A DNA stretch of 64,000 nucleotides from the NCBI GenBank assembly GCA_031416075.1, contig JANOSY010000024.1, forward strand, positions 1-64,000. The letters are read 5' to 3'. The notes under the pieces were generated by a model. That model was given only the letters and a program-made list of their open reading frames with translations, was not told where the DNA came from and made no database searches. Shown in pieces: positions 16,815-27,518 of this stretch (positions within the stretch are counted from its first letter, which is position 1; each line of letters starts with the position of its first letter). Made by a program: the position numbers and the translations under genes. The DNA comes from Candidatus Tenderia sp. (GTDB taxonomy: Bacteria; Pseudomonadota; Gammaproteobacteria; Tenderiales; Tenderiaceae).

Positions 16815-18011
16815 ATGAATCCAGACCTAAACAGACTACAGCCGTACCCGTTTGAGAAACTTACCGCGCTTAAGGCAGGGGCAACGCCGCCTGCGGATCT
16901 GTCCCACATCGCCCTATCGATTGGCGAACCCAAACATGCGGCCCCGCACTTTGTCACGGAGACCCTCCTCAGCCACCTGCAGGGGATATCAAACTACCCC
17001 ACCACCAAAGGGAGCCTGGCGCTGCGTCAGACCATTGGCCGCTGGCTAGTCAACCGTTTTCAGCTGCCGGCCAGCAGCATCGACGCCGAGCGCCACATCC
17101 TGCCAGTCAACGGCACCCGTGAGGCGCTGTTTGCCTTTGCCCAAACCGTGGTAGACCGCAGCAGCCAGCCACTGGTGGTGATGCCCAACCCCTTCTATCA
17201 GATCTATGAAGGGGCGGCCTATCTGGCGGGTGCCGAACCCTACTTTTTAAATACCAGCGCCGAGAACGGCTATCTGCCGGACTTTGATAGCGTACCCACC
17301 GATGTCTGGCAACGCTGCCAGCTACTCTATATATGTACGCCAGGAAACCCCACCGGCAGGGTGATCGATAACAACACACTCAGAAAACTGATCCTCCTGG
17401 CCCATAAACATGACTTCATCATCGCCTCCGACGAGTGTTATTCCGAGCTCTACCCGGACGAAAACAGTCCTCCCGTCGGCCTGTTACAGGTGGCGGCAGA
17501 GATGGGCATTGACGACTACAAACAGTGTGTGGCCTTCCATAGCCTCTCCAAACGCTCCAACCTGCCGGGCATGCGTTCCGGTTTTGTGGCAGGCGACGGC
17601 GCAGTGTTGAAACAATTTCTGCTCTACCGTACCTATCACGGCTGCGCCATGACCCCATACCATCAGGCCGCCAGCATCAGCGCCTGGGAAGATGAGGCCC
17701 ATGTACTGCTGAACCGCGATCTCTATCGCGCCAAATTCAAGGCAGTGTTGGATATTCTGGGGGGTGTGATGGAAGTAAAACAGCCCGATGCCAGTTTTTA
17801 CCTCTGGCCCCGCACCCCGATTGCTGACACCGAGTTCGCCCGCCGTCTCTTTGCCGAACAGAACGTAACGGTGCTGCCCGGCAGCTATCTGTCACGCCAG
17901 GCCCACGGTATCAATCCGGGGCAGAACCATATCCGTCTGGCGCTGGTGGCACCACTGGCAGAGTGTGTCGAAGCGTCAACACGTATCCGCACACTAATCA
18001 AATCACTTTAA
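16815..18011 (+). CDS. dapC: Succinyldiaminopimelate transaminase
   Basis: MNPDLNRLQPYPFEKL, LSIGEPKH, SDECYSE, SLSKRSNLPGMRSG; directly upstream of dapD. Confidence 0.95.
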   Translation: MNPDLNRLQPYPFEKLTALKAGATPPADLSHIALSIGEPKHAAPHFVTETLLSHLQGISNYPTTKGSLALRQTIGRWLVNRFQLPASSIDAERHILPVNGTREALFAFAQTVVDRSSQPLVVMPNPFYQIYEGAAYLAGAEPYFLNTSAENGYLPDFDSVPTDVWQRCQLLYICTPGNPTGRVIDNNTLRKLILLAHKHDFIIASDECYSELYPDENSPPVGLLQVAAEMGIDDYKQCVAFHSLSKRSNLPGMRSGFVAGDGAVLKQFLLYRTYHGCAMTPYHQAASISAWEDEAHVLLNRDLYRAKFKAVLDILGGVMEVKQPDASFYLWPRTPIADTEFARRLFAEQNVTVLPGSYLSRQAHGINPGQNHIRLALVAPLAECVEASTRIRTLIKSL

Positions 18012-18039
18012 TACCATCAAACCAAGGGAGTAGTTATCC

Positions 18040-18861
18040 ATGTCCAACCTGCAAACCATTATCGAAGAGGCGTTTGAACGCCGCGCCGACATCAACCCAC
18101 GCAATGTGGACACCCATGTCAAAGAGGCGGTACTGGAAGTCATCGACCAACTCGACTCGGGTGCCATGCGCGTGGCCGAGAAAAAAGAGGGCGACTGGGT
18201 TGTAAACCAGTGGTTAAAGAAGGCAGTACTGCTCTCCTTCCGCATCCAGGACAACTACTTCATGAAGGGTGGTTTCACCAACTACTTTGACAAGGTTGAC
18301 TCCAAGTTTGCCGACTACAACTCACGTGAATTCCGCGAAGCCGGTGTGCGTGTAGTGCCGCCCGCCACTGTACGCAAGGGTGCCTACATCGCCTCCGGCG
18401 TGGTGCTCATGCCCTCCTACGTCAACATCGGTGCTTATGTGGATAGCGGCACCATGGTCGACACCTGGGCCACCGTTGGCTCCTGCGCCCAGATCGGCAA
18501 AAACGTACATCTGTCAGGCGGTGTTGGTATCGGTGGTGTGCTGGAGCCGCTCCAGGCCAACCCCACCATCATCGAAGACAACTGCTTCATCGGTGCCCGT
18601 TCTGAAGTGGTAGAGGGTGTGATTGTTGAGGAAGGTTCGGTTATCTCCATGGGCGTCTACATCGGTCAGAGCACGCGCATCTTCAACCGCATGACCGGCG
18701 AGATCAGCTATGGCCGCATCCCGGCTGGCTCGGTGGTTGTCTCCGGCAATCTGCCGTCGAAAGATGGTACCTACAGCCTCTACTGCGCCGTGATTGTTAA
18801 GCAGGTAGATGCCAAGACCCGCAGCAAGGTGGGTATCAACGAACTGCTGCGCGATATCTAA
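18040..18861 (+). CDS. dapD: Tetrahydrodipicolinate N-succinyltransferase
   Basis: [37 protein letters not shown]. Confidence 0.98.
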   Translation: MSNLQTIIEEAFERRADINPRNVDTHVKEAVLEVIDQLDSGAMRVAEKKEGDWVVNQWLKKAVLLSFRIQDNYFMKGGFTNYFDKVDSKFADYNSREFREAGVRVVPPATVRKGAYIASGVVLMPSYVNIGAYVDSGTMVDTWATVGSCAQIGKNVHLSGGVGIGGVLEPLQANPTIIEDNCFIGARSEVVEGVIVEEGSVISMGVYIGQSTRIFNRMTGEISYGRIPAGSVVVSGNLPSKDGTYSLYCAVIVKQVDAKTRSKVGINELLRDI

Positions 18862-18927
18862 CATATCAATATAGGGGGAGCGCTACGCACTCCCCTTTAC
18901 ACCCCTCCATTACAAAAGTGCTTCGTT

Positions 18928-19272
18928 ATGACCACACTCTACGGCATCAAAAATTGCGACGCCATGAAAAAGGCCATGAAATGGCTGGATGAACACGCGG
19001 TTAGCTATGAGTTTCACGACTATAAAAAAGCTGGGCTGGATAAGGCCCAACTCACACACTGGGTTAAACAGATCGGCTGGCAACCACTGCTCAATACCCG
19101 CGGTACCACTTGGCGCAAGCTTTCAGAGGCTGAGCGGGGCAATGTCGACGAACCAAAAGCGATCACCCTTATGTTAAACAATCTGAGCCTGATAAAACGC
19201 CCTGTGCTGGAACAGAACGACGCCCTGCACATCGGTTTCAACGCCGCCGAATACGAACAGCTGTTTGACTAA
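18928..19272 (+). CDS. yffB: ArsC/Spx family reductase (YffB-like)
   Basis: LYGIKNCD..KKA..WL, LLNTRGTTWRKL, IKRPVL; follows dapD. Confidence 0.88.
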   Translation: MTTLYGIKNCDAMKKAMKWLDEHAVSYEFHDYKKAGLDKAQLTHWVKQIGWQPLLNTRGTTWRKLSEAERGNVDEPKAITLMLNNLSLIKRPVLEQNDALHIGFNAAEYEQLFD

Positions 19273-19437
19273 CCACTCCCTCGTCCCACCGTTTCATTGA
19301 CACTTTTCGGCGAACATCGCCAGCTCTACGTTGTCCAAATGCCAGCACATTTGAACATTTAACACGTATATCCCCCTCAAAACAGCAAAATCACCACCAC
19401 AATGGGAAAAATGCCGTTAAGATGAAAAAAGTGACCG

Positions 19438-19453
19438 TGGCCTGCTTTTTGCT
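19438..19453 (+). promoter_or_regulatory. Sigma54 -24/-12 promoter of the yeaG-yeaH-spoVR operon
   Basis: TGGCCTGCTTTTTGCT (GG-N10-GC) about 80 bp upstream of prkA; E. coli yeaGH is known to be sigma54-dependent. Confidence 0.7.
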
Positions 19454-19530
19454 GGTTGTATGATTAAAGGAATCTACCCAAGTGGCAGCTATATCAACTA
19501 GGGACTTGTGAACGCAGAGAGGTGAGCACT

Positions 19531-21453
19531 ATGAGCATTTTCAAAACTTATCAGGCTCGTTACGAAGAGTCTAAAGATGAAGAGCTAACGATTCATGAGT
19601 ATCTGGATCTCTGTAAAAAAGATCCATCCACTTACGCCTCTGCTGCCGAACGAATGTTGCTGGCAATTGGTGAACCGGCACTGCTGGATACCCGCAAAGA
19701 CCAGCGCCAGAGCCGCATTTTCTCCAACAAGATGATCAAGATCTACCCTGCCTTTAAGGATTTTTACGGCATGGAGGAGACCATCGAACAGATTGTCTCC
19801 TTTTTCAAGCACGCCGCTCAGGGGCTGGAGGAGAAGAAACAGATCCTCTATCTGCTCGGCCCTGTGGGTGGAGGTAAGTCATCCCTGGCCGAAAAGCTCA
19901 AGTCGATGATGGAGAAGATGCCCTTCTACGCCATCAAGGGCTCGCCGGTTAACGAATCACCGCTCGGTCTCTTCTCCCGTGACGAGGATGCCCACATCCT
20001 GCTGGAAGAGTACGGTATCGCCTCCCGTTACCTGCCGGGGCTGATGTCACCCTGGGCTATCAAACGTCTGCACGAATTTAACGGCGACATCACCCAATTC
20101 AAAGTGGTGCGTGTACGTCCCTCCGTGCTCCAACAAAAGGCAATTGCCAAGACCGAGCCGGGGGATGAGAACAACCAGGATATCTCGGCACTGGTCGGCA
20201 AGGTTGATATCCGCAAGCTGGAACAATTTTCACAAGATGACCCCGATGCCTACAGCTACTCCGGTGGCCTCTGCCTTGCCAACCAGGGGATGCTGGAGTT
20301 TGTGGAGATGTTCAAGGCGCCTATCAAGGTGCTGCATCCACTGCTGACAGCAACCCAGGAGGGCAATTACAAAGGGACCGAAGGGTTCCCGGCGATGCCC
20401 TTTAACGGTGTGATCCTGGCCCACTCCAATGAGTCTGAGTGGCTGACATTCAAAAACAATAAAAACAACGAGGCGTTTCTCGATCGTATCTATATCGTCA
20501 AAGTCCCCTACTGCCTGCGTGTCTCTGACGAGGTAAAGATCTACGAAAAACTGCTGGTCCATAGCTCCTTGGTTAAATCGCCCTGTGCACCTGATACGCT
20601 GGAGATGATGGCGCAATTCGCTGTACTCACGCGCCTCAAAGAGCCAGAGAATTCGAGCATCTTTTCCAAGATGCGTATCTACGATGGCGAAAACCTGAAA
20701 GATATCGACCCCAAGGCCAAGTCACTGCAAGAGTACAAGGACAATGCTGGTCCTGACGAGGGCATGACAGGGTTATCAACACGCTTTGCCTTCAAAATTC
20801 TCTCCAGGGTCTTCAACTATGACCATGAAGAGATCGCCGCTAACCCTGTGCATCTACTCTACATCCTGGAACAACAGATCGAGCAGGAGCAGTACGCGCC
20901 CGAACTGAAAGATCGTTATATCTCTTACCTGAAGGGGTATTTAGCACCTAACTATGCCGAATTTATCTCCAAGGAGATTCAGACTGCTTATCTGGAATCT
21001 TACTCCGAATTTGGCCAGAACATCTTCGACCGCTACGTCACCTATGCCGACTACTGGATTCAGGATTCAGAATACCGCGATCCCGATACAGGTGAGATGC
21101 TCGACCGCGCCTCGCTCAACAACGAACTGGAGAAGATTGAAAAACCTGCCGGCATCAGCAATCCCAAAGATTTCCGCAATGAGGTGGTCAACTTCACCCT
21201 GCGCGCCCGTGCCAACAATGCTGGCAAAAATCCCGCCTGGACCAGTTACGAAAAGATGCGTGGCGTGATCGAAAAGAAGATGTTCTCCAATACCGAGGAG
21301 ATCCTGCCCGTCATCTCTTTCAATACCAAGGCATCCACCGACGATCACAAAAAACACCAGGAGTTTGTCAATCGAATGGTCGCTAAGGGCTATACACCCA
21401 AACAGGTGCGTCTGCTCTGCGAATGGCATCTGCGTACCCGCAAGTCCACCTAA
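19531..21453 (+). CDS. yeaG: PrkA family serine protein kinase
   Basis: GPVGGGKSS, KTEPGDENNQDIS, EFVEMFKAPIKVLHPLLTATQEG. Confidence 0.97.
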   Translation: MSIFKTYQARYEESKDEELTIHEYLDLCKKDPSTYASAAERMLLAIGEPALLDTRKDQRQSRIFSNKMIKIYPAFKDFYGMEETIEQIVSFFKHAAQGLEEKKQILYLLGPVGGGKSSLAEKLKSMMEKMPFYAIKGSPVNESPLGLFSRDEDAHILLEEYGIASRYLPGLMSPWAIKRLHEFNGDITQFKVVRVRPSVLQQKAIAKTEPGDENNQDISALVGKVDIRKLEQFSQDDPDAYSYSGGLCLANQGMLEFVEMFKAPIKVLHPLLTATQEGNYKGTEGFPAMPFNGVILAHSNESEWLTFKNNKNNEAFLDRIYIVKVPYCLRVSDEVKIYEKLLVHSSLVKSPCAPDTLEMMAQFAVLTRLKEPENSSIFSKMRIYDGENLKDIDPKAKSLQEYKDNAGPDEGMTGLSTRFAFKILSRVFNYDHEEIAANPVHLLYILEQQIEQEQYAPELKDRYISYLKGYLAPNYAEFISKEIQTAYLESYSEFGQNIFDRYVTYADYWIQDSEYRDPDTGEMLDRASLNNELEKIEKPAGISNPKDFRNEVVNFTLRARANNAGKNPAWTSYEKMRGVIEKKMFSNTEEILPVISFNTKASTDDHKKHQEFVNRMVAKGYTPKQVRLLCEWHLRTRKST

Positions 21454-21496
21454 AGAGAGAAGGCCAAGGATGGCCCAATGAAAGGGATGATGAATT

Positions 21497-22765
21497 ATGA
21501 CCCAAATCATTGATCGTCGTGTCAACGGAAAAAATAAAAGCGCCGTCAATCGCCAGAAATTTATTCGTCGCTACAAAACCCATCTGAAAAAAGCGGTCGA
21601 AGGTGCCATTGCCGAACGCAGCATCACCGACATGGAAAGAGGTGAGAAGGTCAACATCCCGAGCAAAGATATCTCTGAGCCAACCTTTGGAATTGGCCAG
21701 GGGGGGATTCGTGACACCATCTATCCCGGCAACGAAGAGTTCACCACAGGCGACACCATCGACAGGCCACAACAGGGCAGTGGACAAGGCAAATCGGTCA
21801 GCGACTCCGGAGAGGGTGAAGATGAGTTCACCTTTGCGCTCTCACGTGAAGAGTTCATGGAACTCTTTTTCGAAGATCTGGAACTGCCCAACATGATCAA
21901 GACTCAACTCGCCAAAGAGGCCCAATACAAAAAAATCCGGGCCGGCTATACCAGCTATGGCTCGCCCTCCAACATCAATGTTATTCGCTCAATGAAAGGA
22001 GCATTGGCCCGCCGTATTGCCTTGGCCGGCCCGCATAAACGGACCCTGCACGAAGCTGAGGCAGCGTTGCAAACATTGCTTGAAACGGTGGATGAAGGCG
22101 ACGACCGTATCATCGCGCTACGGGAGGAGATAGAGCTGTTGAAACAGCGCATCCGCCGCGTACCCTACATCGATACCTTTGATATCCGCTATAACAATCG
22201 CATCGACCAACCCGTACCCACCACCCAGGCCGTTATGTTCTGCCTGATGGATGTCTCCGGCTCCATGGGGCAATATGAAAAAGATATTGGCAAACGCTTC
22301 TTCACACTACTCTATCTTTTTCTGACCCGCTCCTATGAACGCATTGAACTGGTCTTCATTCGCCACCACACCGTTGCCAAAGAGGTGGATGAGCAGGAGT
22401 TCTTCTACTCACGTGAGACCGGAGGTACCGTCGTTTCAAGCGCGCTTAAACTGACCGCTGACATCATCAAAAAACGCTACCCCACCAGCGACTGGAATAT
22501 CTATGCAGCACAGGCCTCTGACGGTGACAACTGGACCGATGACTCCCCCGCTTGTCGTGACTTGTTAATCAATACACTACTGCCACAAATACAGTATTAC
22601 GCATACATTGAGATTGCCGAAGATAATTCGCCAGCCGGTAGCCTCTGGCGTGAATACATGAAAGTATCACAAGCATCACCCCGTTTTGTGATGCAAAAAC
22701 TCGCCACACCTGATGAGATATACCCTGTCTTCAGAAAACTTTTCGAGAAGCAATGGCATGAATAA
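21497..22765 (+). CDS. yeaH: YeaH/YhbH (UPF0229) vWA-like protein
   Basis: IIDRR.NGKNKSAVNRQ, AVMFCLMDVSGSM, AQASDGDNW. Confidence 0.95.
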   Translation: MTQIIDRRVNGKNKSAVNRQKFIRRYKTHLKKAVEGAIAERSITDMERGEKVNIPSKDISEPTFGIGQGGIRDTIYPGNEEFTTGDTIDRPQQGSGQGKSVSDSGEGEDEFTFALSREEFMELFFEDLELPNMIKTQLAKEAQYKKIRAGYTSYGSPSNINVIRSMKGALARRIALAGPHKRTLHEAEAALQTLLETVDEGDDRIIALREEIELLKQRIRRVPYIDTFDIRYNNRIDQPVPTTQAVMFCLMDVSGSMGQYEKDIGKRFFTLLYLFLTRSYERIELVFIRHHTVAKEVDEQEFFYSRETGGTVVSSALKLTADIIKKRYPTSDWNIYAAQASDGDNWTDDSPACRDLLINTLLPQIQYYAYIEIAEDNSPAGSLWREYMKVSQASPRFVMQKLATPDEIYPVFRKLFEKQWHE

Positions 22766-24281
22766 CTCAACAGAAGCAGTCACAAAAAAACGTCTCTCTG
22801 AGACATCCGAGTGGACTTTTGAGCTGCTCGACACCTACCACCGCGAGATAGCCCGTATCGCAGCCGACTTTGGACTCGATACCTATCCGAATCAGATCGA
22901 AGTAATTTCTGCCGAACAGATGATGGACGCCTACTCCACTGTGGGCATGCCTGTTGGCTACCACCACTGGTCTTTTGGCAAACAGTTTTTAAGTGTGGAG
23001 CAGCGCTATAAACGTGGCTTTATGGGGCTGGCCTATGAGATTGTTATCAACTCCAACCCCTGCATCGCTTACCTGATGGAAGAAAACAGCATGACCATGC
23101 AGGCACTGGTCATCGCCCACGCCTCCTATGGTCACAACTCATTTTTCAAAAACAACTACCTGTTCAAAACCTGGACCAACGCCGATTCGATTATCGACTA
23201 TCTGTTATTTGCCCGTAACTACGTCACCAAGTGTGAAGAGCGTTACGGTGTTGCTGAAGTGGAGATGCTGCTCGACTCATGTCACGTCCTGATGAATTAT
23301 GGTGTGGACCGTTACAAACGTCCGAAAAAAGTATCTCTGGATAACGAAGAGAAACGCCAGGAAGAGCGCGAAGAGTATCTGCAATCTCAAGTGAATGATC
23401 TCTGGCGCACACTGCCCACCGATCAGCAGAAATCAAAATCAGAGACAGAGGATCCTATCTGGCCGTCTGAGCCACAGGAAAACATTCTCTATTTCATTGA
23501 AAAAAATTCACCCATTCTGGAAAACTGGCAGCGTGAAATTGTGCGCATCGTACGTAAGATTGCCCAATACTTTTATCCACAACGCCAAACACAGGTGATG
23601 AACGAAGGCTGGGCCACCTTTTGGCACTACACCATTATTAACCGCCTGTATGACGAAGGGCTGGTGACCGATGGTTTTATGCTGGAGTTCCTGCAATCAC
23701 ATACCAGTGTCATCTATCAACCCCCCTTCAACAGTCGTTACTACAGCGGCCTGAACCCCTACACATTGGGATTAAACATCTATCAGGATCTGAAACGGAT
23801 GTGTGAGTCACCCACCGATGAAGATAGAGAGTGGTTCCCCGATATTGCGGGTGGCGACTGGTTTACCGTGATTGATTTTGCCATGCGTAACTTCAAGGAT
23901 GAGAGCTTTATATCACAGTATCTATCGCCAAAAGTAATACGCGACATGAAGCTGTTTACCATTCTTGATGATGATCAACGCAACTCATTAGAGGTCTCTG
24001 CCATCCACAATGAACGTGGTTACAAACATATCCGCAACGCCTTGTCAGAGCAGTACAACCTTGGTTCGCGCGAGCCCAACATGCAGGTTTATAAAGTCAA
24101 TAGACGCGGTGATCGCTCCATGACACTCCGCTATGACGCCCATCAACAGCGCCCGTTAAACCAAGAGACCAATGATGTGCTCAAACATTTAGTCAGACTA
24201 TGGGGATTTTCAGTACGTATAGAGAGCTTAAACGAAGGGGGGCAGTATGAACTCACTCACGAGTGCAACTCCAGTGTTTGA
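22758..24281 (+). CDS. ycgB: SpoVR family protein
   Basis: GLAYEIVINSNPCIAYLMEEN, QTQVMNEGWATFWH. Confidence 0.95.
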   Translation: MNNSTEAVTKKRLSETSEWTFELLDTYHREIARIAADFGLDTYPNQIEVISAEQMMDAYSTVGMPVGYHHWSFGKQFLSVEQRYKRGFMGLAYEIVINSNPCIAYLMEENSMTMQALVIAHASYGHNSFFKNNYLFKTWTNADSIIDYLLFARNYVTKCEERYGVAEVEMLLDSCHVLMNYGVDRYKRPKKVSLDNEEKRQEEREEYLQSQVNDLWRTLPTDQQKSKSETEDPIWPSEPQENILYFIEKNSPILENWQREIVRIVRKIAQYFYPQRQTQVMNEGWATFWHYTIINRLYDEGLVTDGFMLEFLQSHTSVIYQPPFNSRYYSGLNPYTLGLNIYQDLKRMCESPTDEDREWFPDIAGGDWFTVIDFAMRNFKDESFISQYLSPKVIRDMKLFTILDDDQRNSLEVSAIHNERGYKHIRNALSEQYNLGSREPNMQVYKVNRRGDRSMTLRYDAHQQRPLNQETNDVLKHLVRLWGFSVRIESLNEGGQYELTHECNSSV

Positions 24282-27200
24282 TGCAAGGGATCCGGCGACC
24301 ACTTTAACAAGACCTCGGCCAATGCTGTAAGCCTGACGGGTTTAGATATGTAATCATTCATGCCAGCCGCCAGGCAGCGCTGCCTGTCCCCCTCCATGGC
24401 ATTCCCCGTCATAGCAATGATGACAGCCCCTCTGCCAGCCCCTTTCCTGATTTCAACCGTTGCCTGATAGCCGTCCATTATCGGCATTTGGCAATCCATT
24501 AATATAATATCAAACCACTGCTGACCTACCTGCTCGACAGCCTCCCGACCATTGCGCACGCTCATCGAGGCATAACCCAGCTTATGCAACATTGCCTCTA
24601 TCACCCTTAAGTTGACCTCATTATCTTCCACCACTAGAAGTCGTAACCGTTGCTTAGGGGCAATGACCTCAGTCTCAACAACTGTCCCGGCCAATGGGGA
24701 ATCGGTCATCCTTGCTCCACTCATATCTCGCAGGCATGTATTCAACGCATGATAGCGAATGGGTTTGACCAATTTATATAGTTCCACCTCAACAGGATAG
24801 GTAAACCCATCTGCCTTCTGAACCTGATTTATCATCACCACCACTTTGACAGGCCTACCTGCCAACTGTGCGACAACAGACTCATAGTCACACGGGTCAT
24901 AATCCACAAAATAGAGTGCATACTTTTGCGGATCAACCCTGCCATTTCGAATATGATCGATACTCACCACATCCAAACCGTACCCGGACGGTTTTAGATA
25001 ATCACGCAGTATGGATGCCGCCATCTCATCGTCTCCGACATAACACGCAGAAAACCTTATCGGCACCGCCTGTTTAACAGCACCCACAAACGTGTTGTCA
25101 GGAACAGTCAGCGGCAATGTCACAGTAAATTCGCTGCCCTGTTGCAATCCTGATGTCAACGAGATCTCCCCGCCCATCAATCCCACCAGCTGTTTAACAA
25201 TCGCCAACCCCAAACCTGTACCGGAATGACGCCGCGTCGATGAACCATCACCCTGCACAAAGGACTCAAAAATATGTTCCTGTAACCCAGTGTCTATACC
25301 AACACCCGTGTCTTTAACACAAATACGAAGTACCCGATGCCTACTCTGTTCTAACGTCACCTCCTCTACCACACAACAGATCAAGATGTGGCCTTCATCT
25401 GTAAACTTAATTGCATTGCTAATCAAATTAGAAATAATCTGATTCAACCGAATAGGATCACCATAAATAATGTCCGGCACATCCGTCTCTACCTTGGAAT
25501 AAAACTTTACCCCTTTAGCATCCGCACGTTGCGAAAAAAGCTCTGCCAGATCTTCAATCAAGGTTCGGGGCGAAACCTCAACCTGAAGCATCTCCAGCTT
25601 GCCGGCCTCAATTTTCGAGAAGTCCAGGATATCGTCAATAATATGGAGAAGTTGATCCGCTGATCGTAAAGCAATTTCAGCATAACTCTTCTGCTCACTA
25701 CCCAGGTCGCTTCCCAATATCAACTGTAACATTCCAAACATACCATTCATCGGCGTTCGGATCTCATGGCTCATATTGGCAAGAAACTCACTCTTCAATT
25801 TTGCCGATTCCAAGGCCACATCTCTGGCCTTTTGCAATGCTTTTTGCGCCATAATGGACTGACTATGATCCAAACCAATCAACAATAGCGTCTCTTCGTC
25901 ACCGTGCCCCTTCAAACTTGCCATATTAAACTGGTAAGGAACTGTGCCATGCAACGTCAATAAATCAATGTGGATTTCAGATTTTCCAAGTCTGAAAGTG
26001 GCCTCCATACACTTTTCAACATTATCAAACTCAGACACAGCAAAAAACCGGGAAATGCTGGCCACCCCGCGGCCTGTTAAAAGATGACCAAAAATATTCT
26101 CAGCATGTTTATTAAACCAGAGAACCAGCCCTTTTTTATCCAACTCCATCATAATGCCCGGCACACTGGATACCACCGCTTTGTGCTGCGACAACAGTAA
26201 CTCAATTCTATTTTTCTGCTGCTGTGTTTCAGTAATATCACGAATAATGACGATATATTTATCATTACCGTTAATCTGCATTACACTGAACTTGGAGTCT
26301 ATATCAATAAATCCGGCACCTTTTTTAATGGCAAAATGACAACCACCCGTGCAATGTTTTAACAATTTATCTATATCCATGGGGATTGGAGGTTCCCTAT
26401 CCACCAGCAGTTTTCGGATGACTTCACCATAGTGGCAATCAATAAGTGGCATTGCTGTTTCAAGCATTAATTCAGCCGTTGGATTGGCTGACTCAATTAC
26501 TCCCGAATCATCAAGTATCAACATTCCATCAACCACATTATTAAAAATGGTCGACAAACGATGTTCGCTCTCGCGCAGATTGCACTCTACCAATTGCCGC
26601 TCATCAATCTCATGAAGAAGCGATAGATGCTGCTCATCTGAATACTTTTTTCGCTGTTCGAGTGCATCCATCATTGAGTTAAAGGCATTCGCCATCTCAT
26701 AAACCTCAAGCGGCCCATCCGTATCTGAACGAATCCCATCCTCGCCATTTTTGGCTCGTTTCATAAGGCTTGCCAGATGGTGCAATGGCGTTGTCATCTG
26801 ACGGCTAACTACAACGGAAACCAACATCAGCGCTAATGCCATGCCGACAAAAACCAACAAGCTGTCCTTAAGGAGTTCATACTGGATTTTATAAAGATTG
26901 GTTTTATCTACAAGGACACTGACGTACCCCAGCAATTTAGGCTGATTTTCATAAAGATGGTCGATACTGCTGTCAACTGCTGGGTCATGCACATCAGTAT
27001 CATAAACCGCAGCAGTCAACTCCCACATATCATCACTTTCGTCTGTTAATAGTGCTTCAAAGGGTAAAAAAGCATGGGAATAACCGCTGAATACAGCAAT
27101 CTTTCTCTCACCTGCATTAACAAGCAGATTTCCATGTTTATCAAAAATTGCTACGCCACGTATATTTGAATACCGCAACGTAGCGCTAATGCCGTCACTG

Positions 27201-27424
27201 GCATTGTCCACAAGATCTGACATTAACGATAAAATACTTTGGTAGGCCAATGCTGATGCAATTTGATGTCCTTGATTCAGGGCGTTATCGGATAGTTTTT
27301 GATTAACCAAAAAAGCAGCCGCTATACTGCCTGTCAATGTCAAGGCGAACATACCAAACAGGCTTAAGGCGATAATCTGCCTCCTGAACCCCAATCTAAC
27401 AGTCTTTCTTCTTATGTCACGCAT
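24257..27424 (-). CDS. Hybrid sensor histidine kinase (TM-HAMP-PAS-PAS-HisKA-HATPase-REC)
   Basis: KSEFLANMSHEIRTPMNG, NAIKFT, DTGVG, GTGLGL, VEDNEVN..MDCQMP. Confidence 0.93.
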   Translation of the reverse strand: MRDIRRKTVRLGFRRQIIALSLFGMFALTLTGSIAAAFLVNQKLSDNALNQGHQIASALAYQSILSLMSDLVDNASDGISATLRYSNIRGVAIFDKHGNLLVNAGERKIAVFSGYSHAFLPFEALLTDESDDMWELTAAVYDTDVHDPAVDSSIDHLYENQPKLLGYVSVLVDKTNLYKIQYELLKDSLLVFVGMALALMLVSVVVSRQMTTPLHHLASLMKRAKNGEDGIRSDTDGPLEVYEMANAFNSMMDALEQRKKYSDEQHLSLLHEIDERQLVECNLRESEHRLSTIFNNVVDGMLILDDSGVIESANPTAELMLETAMPLIDCHYGEVIRKLLVDREPPIPMDIDKLLKHCTGGCHFAIKKGAGFIDIDSKFSVMQINGNDKYIVIIRDITETQQQKNRIELLLSQHKAVVSSVPGIMMELDKKGLVLWFNKHAENIFGHLLTGRGVASISRFFAVSEFDNVEKCMEATFRLGKSEIHIDLLTLHGTVPYQFNMASLKGHGDEETLLLIGLDHSQSIMAQKALQKARDVALESAKLKSEFLANMSHEIRTPMNGMFGMLQLILGSDLGSEQKSYAEIALRSADQLLHIIDDILDFSKIEAGKLEMLQVEVSPRTLIEDLAELFSQRADAKGVKFYSKVETDVPDIIYGDPIRLNQIISNLISNAIKFTDEGHILICCVVEEVTLEQSRHRVLRICVKDTGVGIDTGLQEHIFESFVQGDGSSTRRHSGTGLGLAIVKQLVGLMGGEISLTSGLQQGSEFTVTLPLTVPDNTFVGAVKQAVPIRFSACYVGDDEMAASILRDYLKPSGYGLDVVSIDHIRNGRVDPQKYALYFVDYDPCDYESVVAQLAGRPVKVVVMINQVQKADGFTYPVEVELYKLVKPIRYHALNTCLRDMSGARMTDSPLAGTVVETEVIAPKQRLRLLVVEDNEVNLRVIEAMLHKLGYASMSVRNGREAVEQVGQQWFDIILMDCQMPIMDGYQATVEIRKGAGRGAVIIAMTGNAMEGDRQRCLAAGMNDYISKPVRLTALAEVLLKWSPDPLHQTLELHS

Positions 27425-27518
27425 CTAGACAGCTTGTCCGTATCTGTTAATAGTTGACATAAAACAAGACTCCCAACAAGGAGCACATGTTGTTCAACAT
27501 ACATCAATTTATGATTGT

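Noticed and set aside
27454-27467. FNR-like site (TTGAC-ataa-AACAA) upstream of the hybrid kinase
   Set aside because: Mismatched half-site in AT-rich DNA; could arise by chance.
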